From Anthoceros angustus (lineage: Eukaryota; Plantae; Anthocerotophyta): a stretch of 52,122 nt of DNA. The translations under genes and the position numbers were made by a program. The stretch is from positions 1,737,220-1,789,341 of the forward strand of contig MU008167.1 of the NCBI GenBank assembly GCA_010909165.1, read 5' to 3'. Shown here one piece after another: positions 36,561-47,384 of this stretch; the stretch's first letter is position 1, and each line of letters starts with the position of its first letter. The notes below the pieces were generated by a model, which made no database searches, was not told the origin of the DNA, and saw only the letters and a list, made by a program, of their open reading frames with translations.

Positions 36561-37494
36561 AGCAGGAGGCAGGAGGATCCCCATATACAACCTCCGAGGG
36601 AGGTTGTATGAGATCCTCCTATAAGAGGAGGATGATTTTACCGAAAAGTATCACGTCTTGCACTTCCATACTCATGAGTCCTTTGCTCCTTGTGAAGGAA
36701 TTTCGTCTTGTAAGCTAACGGTCTGGTAGAGAGGAAGTTTGGTAGTCGGTGCTTGGTAGAGGGCTCGCTCCTGCGCCTCGACGAGTTGCTCCCCTTGTGA
36801 ATGGCTGCTGTGAAATTGCTTTGCTTTGGGTGTGTGGCGATGCCCAAGGAACTCTCGGCTTGAGGGTAGCTACAAGGAAAGACTCCCTGGAGGTTCGCTG
36901 TCTGGTGTCAAACTCATAGCAACCGGCCCAAGGAAGAACTTGCTGGCTTGTGGCGGCACCTAAACCCAGGCGTTATGCCGTAAGAGCGGGGCGTGAGCTT
37001 GAAGTGAAGTTAGATTAGGAGGAGGATGATGAGTTGAGTTGAGCATTGAGGAGGATGATGAGTGGGATGATGAGTAGAAGATTAGAGTGTAGGAAATAGT
37101 GGAAGGCCACAAAGCGAGCCTTAGGGACGAATCCCAAATTTGTAACAAGAGGGAGCTCAAATTGTTGGAAGAGTTAGTCTTAGAGGTAGGGACGAATCGG
37201 CGTGGGTCATGGGGTCCCCGCCTGCGGTGGGCTCCTTTCCCGAGGCATGGCGTTGTGTTGTTGTAGGTCGGGAGTTGGTGAATTTTGAAAGGCAAGTGGT
37301 GCAGCTGTAGAGGGAGAGTTAGAGGGCGCCTTGCTTGTTGAGGGGCCGAGGTTGTGAATGGGTGAAGGCAACGATTGATCTCTCGTAATCCGGCTGTCCA
37401 CACAAGTCTTATGGGACGAAACCCGACGTCGAGTGATGGGATAAGTGTGGCCACTAGAGGGTGAATCTCGAGCCCCGGGGTTTTCCTCCGCAGA

Positions 37495-39120
37495 CTAACA
37501 CTTTATTACAACATTAAACTTTGTATTTTGGGCATACGCTACTATTACGGTTGCATTCCAAGAAACAAGTATGCTTTTGTCTCTGCGCAAATCGAGCTCA
37601 CATGGCTTGACATGAAATGTAGAATCAAGCTCAATGAACCGAGCCAACTTCATGCGCCAATATCGAGTTGCAATTAGAGAGGCATCACGACCTGCACTCA
37701 TCCGACGGCTCGCCATGTAATTTCTACCATCACCTATAATCAATTCGTGTGCACCGCTCACCTGTCGTCCATGCCCAGAACCCAGGGTATACGATATCGC
37801 GCAGAGGAATGGCATCCTTGCCCTAAACAGTGAAAAGCGCCCACCAACCGCTTGTCAAACCATTCACCGATCCTCGGGTTAGGCGGTGTGGTCATCCACC
37901 GTAATTTCGAGCAAGCACCTCCCAACGATAAGCACGCACGTGTGCTGCCCCGGCGGCAGCTGTCGTAGCGACTACCCACATCCGGGCGTCGTTGTCAAAA
38001 GTCCGGATGGCATTAGGAAGCTGCCAAAGTGCCCACGAATCCGCCCAGGTTTGCTTGATACTAGCCTCTATGCACGCAAGAAAGCGGTGTAGTCACCGCC
38101 TGCTTTGGTCCCGCCCGCCATCCCCACCCGCCTGCAAACACCCACCGAACGGGCATTCAAAACCGCCATGCCCACAAACAGCCTCATGAACACAACCAAA
38201 GCATCCCCAAAGCTTGAGATGAGGTAGAGGAGGAGGACCTCAATGGTGCTCTTGCCTTGAAGGAGGCGAGGCCGGACCTACATGAATCGGCGGTGAAAGC
38301 CCGTATGGACACTCTCCACCTCCCGACCTTAGTATGGATGCAATTCAAGCCGTTGATGCGTGTATTCGCGCACCGCTCGAGCCGATGCGTGATATTGCGG
38401 TCCAACTATGCTATGCTCAAATATTCGCGACATGACATCGCCGCCATTGGTCGTCACCCGCGGGCCCTTTCCTCTCCGTGCAAATGAGCCTCCGCGTACA
38501 TAATTAAATAGCACCATGCCAACGGGACATACCTTGGCACACCATAATCCAAGGACGCCAAAAACCTAGGTTCAAGCGATTGCGTTGAGGTCACATCACG
38601 ACTCAGCGAACGTCATTGGCTCATGACAATGGATTGGCATACTGGCATACATCATGGTCTGGATGTCGATCATGCTGAGGCGCACAAACAACCAATACTT
38701 GAAGATCGCCGAACGATAACAATTACGGTAGGGTGCCAACACGTGTGGGTGCATGCACCAATGAAACAATCATGCGCTCTGCGGGGTTTGCACGTTAATT
38801 TTCAGCACTAGCCAAAACCGGCAATTAGTAGGTGGTGCATTGCCACGCCTGGGGCTTAGGCCGTTGTGCGCCTTTCGCTCGCAAGTGTGCGAGTTCGACC
38901 TACGAAAATGTACATCACAAGATCCGCGGCCGTGGCTTCACCGCAATATGCCCTTAAAACCAACGCCGCGCCATTTCACGTCCCTTCTTGCGAGCGAGGG
39001 AATAGCTAAAGCCCAATTCAAGGGCTCGGAATAGTGAGGATAGAGTTGCCCGGATAGGTCAATAATCACCACATCGGTGTGCTCTTCGTCCCTTCTATGA
39101 CAAAAACCTCATATACGTCT
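37495..39120 (-). pseudogene. Unknown coding-like island, tentatively DNA amino-methyltransferase-like
   Basis: Hand translation gives DVVIIDLSGQLYPHYSEPLNW (~39075), DLVMYIFV (~38925), GKSTIEVLLLYLISSFGD (~38255-38200) and, in the next frame, GCVHEAVCGHGGF (~38198-38160). Confidence 0.3.
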
Positions 39121-39169
39121 TAAACTATCTCAAGAGCACGCATCTTGTGTTGCTTTGATCCTTGATGCT

Positions 39170-42100
39170 TGTGGAGGAAAACCCCGGGGCTTCCGTGGCT
39201 TCCCCTCTGGCCACACTTATCCCATTCGCCAAAACCGTCGTTGGGTTTCGTCCCATGAGACTTGTGAAAGTTCGAGGTCTTGTGATGCGATCGCTACTGC
39301 GAGACACACTTCTCGACCTTCTAAACAAGCAAGGCGCCCTCTACTCTCCCTCTTCACGGCCCCCACTTGCCTGCTCCAATCCTCGACCTACAACGACACA
39401 CAATTGCGGTCCGCCTTGGTGAGGAGCCTATCACGGGCGCCGGGACCCCAGTCCACACGCAATTTAAATCTAAGACCACTCTTCTCCCACTCGGGGCGCT
39501 TTTACTTGCGGTTGGGATTCGTCCCTTAGGCTCTGCCTGTGGCCTTCCACTAACACCTACACCTCTAATCCTCTACTCATCTTCTCATCTCCTCATCCTC
39601 TTCCTCCTATTCTAACCTCGATTCGGGCTTCTTGGCTCGCCCTTACGGCTGGCACAGGTCGGCCTCCACCAAGTTCTTCCTTGGGCGGTTGCTATGAGTT
39701 TGACACGGCGAGAACCTCGAGTCTTTCCACAGTCTACCCTCAAGCCGAGAGTTCACAGGCATTGCCACACACCCAAAGCAAAGCAATTTCACGCAACCAT
39801 TCACAAGGAGCAACTCGTTTAGGCACTTGCGTGAGCAAGTCCTCCACACTCAGACCACATGACTTCCTCTCTGCAGACTGCGTTGGCTCACCGGACGAAA
39901 TTCCTGTAATGGCAAAGGACTCGCGTGGGCGCAAGACATGATACTTTACTTTGTGAAATCCTCCTCCTCTTATAGGAGGCCTTCCACATACAACCTCCCT
40001 TAGGTGACCCTCTGCGGTCACCTTTTCCAATTCTATTATTTCCTATGACATTTAATGCGGCACCTAATCTATTATGCATCCTTGGTAAATTCTATTCTAG
40101 CAACTTCACCTAATCATCCTTAAGGATGTCATCTACACCTATCCTTCCCTTCCCCAAAGCTCATTTATGGTCATTGACCATTTAGTCCTTATCTTCTTGG
40201 GGTGGGACGTGTCCCTTGGATTGGCTCCCTCGCCCTCCTTTTGCTCTGTCCCTTCCCAGCTTGTCGCTTCCTAATGTGTGGGGCAAGTATCTGCCCCTTC
40301 CTCCATCTCAGGCGGCGCCCAATTCCTGTCCCCTCCGGTCGCGCCCCTGCGCCTGCCTTTTCTCCGCCACCTCGCGCTGGTCGCCCGTTCATCGCACCCT
40401 AGCGGTAGTCGGCGGACTGGGGTGGTGACCTACCATGGTAGTGATCTTCTTTTCTTCTTCTCCATCTCCTCCTCTTGAGTGGATCTTCATTGCTCCTTTC
40501 CTTCTGTTTGGATTTGTCCATACCTATCATGGAGCATTCTTCAAAATCTTCCTCCCCATTGTCGGATTTTCTAATCTCTCGGGCCTTTTGCATGGCCTCC
40601 TCTCTCCCCTTGCTCGTGGGTGGGAACTTCTCACCCTCCTTCCTCGGTCGGATCAGTCTCTCCTCCGGTGGGGTTGTCTCCCCCCCCTTCTCGGGGTATG
40701 CTGACCCCGGCTCCCCTCTCGGCGGGCCTCGGCGACTCAAGCCCGGCGCTCGCGCCCCCTACCCGGTGGTCGGCGGACTACGGCGTGGGTGGTGTCCCGC
40801 GGTGGTCTGGCGGACTACCGTGGTATGGTCACCGTGGTAGGTGACCCCTGGTGGGTCCCCCCTCCTTGCTCTCGCGCCATCTTCCTCCTTTGGCGTCCGG
40901 CCTCTCCTTCTCCTCGACTCCTCGTTCCTCGGAGTCCATTTGGCCTCATCAAAATTAGGCCTCAGGCTGCACTTGTTCGGCTCCCATCATCATGAGGACC
41001 CAATGTCCTCCTCTTGGCCAAGTAAGACTCATTGTTGGCCTTCAAAATCTATTGTGAGCCCCAAGCTATGATGCATTTGGAGATCATCAATCTCCGTGGG
41101 CCACTCTCCATCCTCACACCTACCTTGTAGGCATCCCTTGAGGTGGTCAATTCCCACCTTCACATGGAGGTTACATTCTCTCCTCCTTGCTTTTGGTTGG
41201 CCAATTTTGCTGAAGGGCATAATCCAAAATCTCCTCTTCCTCACCACCCATCCATGCACCACCTTCTTGTGGTGCTCCTCCTCTGGAACCTCCTTTGTTC
41301 CAGCTCATTGCTTGGCAAGCCTCCTTCTCCACTTGCCAACTCACTTCTCGCGCTCCACTCTTCTTGTCTTGAGCCTTTAGCTCACGCTTCTCTTCAAATT
41401 ACCGGGTCCTTAATTCCTCTCCATGTCCGGATCTTGATGGCTTAGTAGCCATCACTGCTCTTGTGTCCATTTGTTGGACACCTTCTCCTTCCTAGAGCCT
41501 CTGTTTTGCCCTTTCTCTTGCTAATTGGGCAAAATGCTCCTCATATACGCCTCCAAGTCCCGTTGGGTTGTTGCCGAATGGCTCTTTCTTGATTTGTGAC
41601 AACCTTCCCTCAGGACCTTCTCCTCTCTGGTGAGTCGTGGAGCTTCTACCTTTTCCAACTTGGCTGCCTTCGTCGGACTCCATGGCCTCCAATTGCCATT
41701 TGGTCCACTGCCTTCCTCCGGCCATGTCTTGGGCTTTGACTTCCTCTTGCATGCCCACAAGGAGGCTAGCTCCTAGCCCCTTCAAATCCACATGAGTGCT
41801 TCACAAGCACTCGGCAATTCTCTAGGGTCCTAATTCCACCCCTCCTTCTTCTGGAAATTTCCAGCTCCCTCACCTCGGGCCATCGCAGCGTGGTCCCTCC
41901 CTCATCCGCCCTTCCTCCCGGCGGTGGTGGCCTCGGCGCCTTGCTCTCAGCTTCTTCTCCTTCCCTTCCCCGTAGCTGGCGTGGGCTGCCCTGCGTGTGC
42001 ACGCCTACCATGGTGGTCCCTCCCCTATGATACCACCTCTGGTGGTCGCCTCTGATGCGCCTTGGGTGCCTCCCCTCTGGGTAGGTGCCTCTCTCTAGGC

Positions 42101-43950
42101 ACAAAGGAGATGGTGGGGACTCCCCACCCTTGGTATCACCCCTCACTGGTAGTCCTCCTCTCATAGACTACCATTCGGCCTTCCTCGGCGGTTCTTCCTC
42201 TCCTCCTCCTTGCTCTGTGGGGAAAAATTCCCACTCGCAACCTTGTTGCCTCACATCTCTCCCTTGCTCTAGCATGCTTGTGGAGTCGACCTCCCCTCTT
42301 CCTCAATGCAAAGGCAAGGCCTTTCCCTGGAGATGGATTATCTCAAAGGATGCCAAGCATCTTCAACTCCTTGCTTGAGAAGTCCCTCGGTTTCCACAAT
42401 GCACCAAATAGGTGCTAAGGTAGCAGGCCTTGGCCTTCCTCATCCACCGAATTGAGGAGCTTCTCGGTGGTGGATGTAGGCCTCATACATGATGGTCCCC
42501 AATCGCTTGGCTCCCCAAATCTTCCACAAAATTGGAGGAAGTTGGTGCTTTGAAGAGTCGTTGGTAATTACCAACCCCGGCACAATCTTAAGAGCCTCCA
42601 CTTGACTCCTTGATGCTCTCGGTCTTCCAGCCATTCTTGGCGTGGGCCTTCACTCCTCCATCCATCATGTCGAGGAACTCTGCGGAATGTCGGAGGGGCC
42701 GTCCTCTTCCTCCATTCGACCTTCGAGGGAGCAATTCGAGCTCTCCTCCTCGGTCTTCCATACACATCGAATGCTCCTTACGGTCCAGCGAGGATCGTTC
42801 GAGCATTCCTTTCCGTGCGGCAAGGGGCCGATTGATGGAGGTTGATGTAACACTCCTCAATCAATTCCAAATTGGTGTAGGCCCATTGGCGGCCATACAC
42901 CCATCCAATTGGATGTTATCCTCCTACGCCCTTCGAAAATCAACCAAATCGCGGGGTTGTGCCAAAGCAAGTGAATTGGGGCATCTCGCTCACCTCTGGC
43001 AGTGGCCCTCTCTGCCTTCTTTCCTCCTCGCCTCGAGGAGCCCTTGGCGGCTCCTTCCCTTGCCTTTTTCCCTCGAGGCATGGTGCGTCCTCTCAAGTGC
43101 TTCAAAAGGAAATTACTTCTCCAGCTTCAAAATTCCCACTCTCACCTCTTCCTTGTGTAACCCCCTCTCACCACGCCACGTTAGCCACAGTTTGGCTGCT
43201 CAATTCCTCTTGATTCTTCTTCCGGTGCGCGCAGCGATCTGCGCTCTCCTCTCAATTCCCCAGCGCTCGCGCCTCCCCTTTTGCTCCGCTCCTTCTCAAT
43301 TGGTGCTCCTCCTTCCCACTCTGGCGCTCCGCGCTTCCCCTCCTCGCCTCCGCTTGGGTCTCCTTCCCGATGGGCGTTCTCGCTCCTCTCGGCGCTCGTG
43401 ATGGCGGCCTTTTCCTTCCGATGGTCTTCCTTCCTTCTCTTTCGCTCCAACTCCTCGTTCGCTCTTCTCGAAGTGAGGAGGGCGCGCCAAAGCACTTTGC
43501 CCTCTTTTGGATGCCACACAGGCTGCACAACCCTAGATTGGTTCATCATTCCAAAATCCTAATCCTACTACCTATTTTCCTATCTTTCCTACCCTAATTA
43601 ATCTATATATTTATTCCCTATTGGTGAGCATATATAGTGGATATCCCCTTATTCTAATTTCCTTTTGCGAGATTCGTCGACCTACCCGTGATGGTCTCTT
43701 CTCGACCTACGGCGTGGTGTGGCGACCTACGGTAGTCTGCCCGACCTACCGACGCCCTCACGCTCGCTGAGTCGTTTTGACCCGTTCTTCTTCTGGGATA
43801 TCCTCTTGCCTTCCTAACAATATCCTACAACTCCGACTTCAAGATTCTCAGAAAATTTCTTGGCATGCTCCTCTTCAATCGTTTTAGCCAAAAAAATCAA
43901 ACTTGTTGTCTTGGCTCTTTTGGGCTGGTTGCCCAAACTTTTAGTTCACA
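39170..43950 (-). repeat. 3' LTR, 4781 bp
   Basis: Minus strand reads TGTGAACTAAAAGTTTGGGCAACC to GGTTTTCCTCCACA. Both ends are homologous to the TSD-defined LTRs. Confidence 0.88.
41450..43082 (-). pseudogene. LTR-borne ORF inside the 3' LTR, same strand as pol
   Basis: MPRGKKAREGAAKG..GWVYGRQWAYTNLELIEECYINL..LDMMDGGVKAHAKNGWKTESIKE..GTIMYEAY..AWHPFEIIHL. The 3' limit is approximate. Confidence 0.8.
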
Positions 43951-43989
43951 TACTCCCTCCTCACTGTTTGCGTCCAAACAACGCTAATT

Positions 43990-46900
43990 TGAGGTACTTC
44001 TTAACCTTCCACCCATTCACTCGTGGGTAATTCGCCTAGTACGGAGTTGCAGATCCATTCTCATATCTGCGACCACCTCGTAGGTCCCATCCATCTCAGC
44101 CTAAGCTTCTGGAAGTCTAGGTGCTCGACTATCATAGAAGAACCAAATCCCGTCCACGATAGCCTCTTGCTTCCTCAACTTCCCATCATGCGATCTTTTA
44201 CGAGTTCCACATCCTGGTTTCTTCTAAAGCATCCTCCCTCGTTCCTCCTGCTCTATGAGATTCTAGTCTAGCTACACTATCTCTCTGATCATCGTTCATC
44301 CTCCATGATCACAGCAGGTAGGTACTTCAAATTCCACGGGCATCACGGGACATGCCATGTTAGATAATAAGGGGTCTTCTTGGTGGTTACCTTCTCCATG
44401 ATCTGTAGCCCACGGTCTTGAATGCAACTTAGCATCCCAATCATACATGTGTTCGATTACCTTGGTGAGGATTGTGCGCAACCCATTCGTCTTCTCCGTC
44501 ATTCCGTTTGCCTTTGGGGTTGTAGGGGTCGTCTTCGATGCGAATGTTGAAGTAGGTGGTTAGGGACTCAGCGAGTTGAGGAAATGTGTCCCTCGTGACC
44601 AACTCTAAAGGACATCCGTACCTCGTTATGATGTTCTCGAATAAAAACTTTGCCCAGTCGTCGTCCTTCCTCGTCCGCTTCCACCATCTTGTACAATAAT
44701 CAGCCACCAAAATGTCCTTCTTAGTCCATTGCGTTGGTGGTTTGATCGGTCATTCCCCACTTCTCGAAGGTGCTAGCGGTAAGATGTAGGTAAGAGGCCA
44801 TTGTGTACAACGTGGGCCGTAACCCTCGACACGCATCACACCTCGGTGAACTCCCACATCCTTTTGCGCCATAGCCCACGAACCACATTCAAAATCTTCT
44901 TAACGGTCACTGCGAATAGTGTCCTGCCTCTTACGCATGTATGCCTCCGTGGGTGAGCCTCTTGCTCGAGGCATCTCGGATCTTCTCGTCCCCAAGTTTA
45001 TAGACGCCCTTTGCAATAGGCGAGGCTTTATGGAGAAAAAACAGCCGCCCCCCTGGACAAACCATCGGGCATGATTCCATGCTCCAGAATTGCGTACTTC
45101 CATTCAAAATCTTGGGCATGAACGCCCCTCGCGTTCTAATCTCCTCCTTCCGGGCGTACTCGTGCCTCCACCTAGCTCGTCCGTTAGGCCCCGGTGGCGT
45201 GGATCTATCCAAATCCATCGCCTCCACCGCCCGCCCATCTTGCGTTCCCTGCGGCGTTTGCATGCTCCTCCTCGGCAACGGGATCTCTTCCATTCACGCT
45301 GGTCTAGCCTCGTGTCTAGGTCCGGCTCATTTCATGGCCTCTTTTCACCTCCATGTCCTCCTGGTGATTTCCCATGAATCCATTCTCCTTCTCCTGTTTT
45401 CTTCAAAGCATGGGGTGCATCTCCTTCCTTTTGCCAACTCGTGGCCTCCACTTGCAGCCCTTGTTGCTCACCCTTGAGCATTCAGCCTCCTCCTCGCGCC
45501 CATCTTGGCGCCTCCTATCTCCCCTCGGTTCCAGTTGTCCTGCTGACTTTTCTGCGCTCCCTTCTTGCTCATTTGGCCTCTCCTGCAACAAGACTTGCTG
45601 ATCAATTCTTAGGCCGTCAACATGCTCACGTCCTCCCCTTGACGTGCGGCAACTCCTCGGAAATCGGTCTCGTGGCCTCAAGTCGCTCTCCGGTTTTCGG
45701 CGAGAAATGAAATCAGCATTTTGATGTTGCTTCCACGCCTAGTTTCTCGTCGTAGTCAAACTCTTGCAGCATAGTACCCATCGGCAATCCTTCACGACAA
45801 ATCGGCTTGACAAGATACTTCAGCATAAAATGGTCAACATGGAGCGTCACCTTGCAAGCAAGCGGATAGTGTCTAAACTTCTTACAAGTAAATGATACCA
45901 AGACCCTCCGCTCCGTGGTTGAGTAGTTCTTTTCGTGGTGACATTTCTGCATAGAAAATCGGATGATCCGTTTCTTCTCGTCCGGCTTAAGGCGGTCCCA
46001 ATGGCATAGCGGACACATCACGTATACATGAAGCGGTTTCTCCCCGGCGGTTGTAACGTTGGTGCGCTCACCAGCATCCTTGAAAAGCCTCTGTCTTGTT
46101 GTCCATTCGAAGGTGTATCCTTCTTGGTCAATTGTGTCAACAAGGCTGCCTTCTTGGCGAAATCCTTGATGAACCTCACGTAATATCCTACCAGCCTACA
46201 AAAGCCTTTCTCACCGTTTGTGGTGCGTCCATCTCGACTATAATTACTCTTCTCCTTATCTACACCGCAATCCTCTCAAACTCGATGTGCTAACAAAATA
46301 CCCCTCATCATACAAAATAACACTTCCCGGATGAAGTTTCATGTTCGACTCTGCATTTGGAAACATTGTCTCAAATGATCTAGATCGGTTTCCTCCAAAC
46401 ACGAAATCATCTAGGAATACCTCCATGAACTTTTAAAATCTCAATATATCACCACCTGAAAGTGGCGGGGCATTACACAACCGAAGGGAGCTTGAATAAG
46501 CGTAAGTTCCCCAATCCGTTGTGAAGCGTTGTCTTGTCTGATCCTCCTTCCTCCGAAATGATTGTACCCATATCATCAAGTACATCTCTCATGTCTCATG
46601 TCCAGCCCTGTCCATGAAAGGCAAAGGTGATGATCCTTCTTCGTTCTTCATTGAGCTTCACGAAATCACACATGCGAACCTTTCCTGCTTCTTGGTACAA
46701 TCACGATGGGCGACCCACTCCTAGTGAGCAGGATAATTACTCACCTCCAAATATTGGTCGGTGATCCTTACGACCATGGAATACTTGGGATTCAGCATCT
46801 TGATCCTCGAGTCTTGCCCTCCTTCAAATTCGATGTATCCCAGTTCTTCCTATTCTGTCATGTCGGTAATCTTGAAGGCAAACACATCGACATACTCCCT

Positions 46901-47375
46901 AAGCATACTCGAAACTCTTCTCTACATCCTAGATACCTAGAAACCTTGACTACCTTGCGGGTTCTAACTCTAAGTCCTCCCACGGGATCTACATATGTTC
47001 CTTTGCTGCTACTGTCGGGATCCTCTCGGAAAATCTCATAAGCTTTACCCTTCAAAGGCTACTCCTCTCTATGTGCCTCATCTTGACTCTTCTGACTTCC
47101 TCTATGCGCATGAATACTCCAAATCACTCTTTATTTGACCTCATTTTGAGGACCCCGATATGCTCGATCCTTTGCAGGAGCTTACCCGTGCTACGAGGTG
47201 TACCCGCAGTGGGTCGGGACTCCCCTCATAGGGCCTTGCTCCATGACACAAAAGCGATCAGGTCCGTATCTCTTGGACTTGAAGGTGATGCCACTCGACC
47301 AAAATCAAAAACATGTACCATACAACCAAGGCCTACCTATCAAAACCTTATAGCCTAAATAAATGGCGCATCACA
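43990..47375 (-). pseudogene. Gypsy pol (PR end, RT, RNase H, spacer, IN), frameshifted
   Basis: ORF-track fragments 46858-47055, 45713-46021, 44441-44710 and 44296-44502 in gypsy domain order. Confidence 0.92.
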
Positions 47376-47384
47376 ATGTGAGGC

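Larger units (their letters stand above)
31835..37492 (+). mobile_element. Solo-like or composite giant LTR of a related subfamily, interrupted by a copia fragment
   Basis: Starts TGTGAAATGCAAAAGTTTGGG. 36600-37492 matches the LTR 3' region and ends TTTTCCTCCGCA. Flanks TGCCT and GACTA differ, so no TSD. Confidence 0.7.
39170..47375 (-). mobile_element. Non-chromoviral Ty3/gypsy element, 5'-truncated, pol-encoding relative of 18915-31790
   Basis: PR end YKVLIGRPWLYG (~47350), RT (~46780-46250), RNase H EKNYSTTER..KKFRHY..VDH (45713-46021), IN FLFENIITRYGCPLELV and DWDAKLHS..VMPVEFEVP, purine tract GAGGAGGGAG (43953-43962). No chromodomain seen. Confidence 0.93.

Noticed and set aside
42610-43401. 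263-aa plus-strand ORF
   Set aside because: Ser/Leu/Pro-rich antisense shadow of the purine-rich minus-strand LTR ORF.
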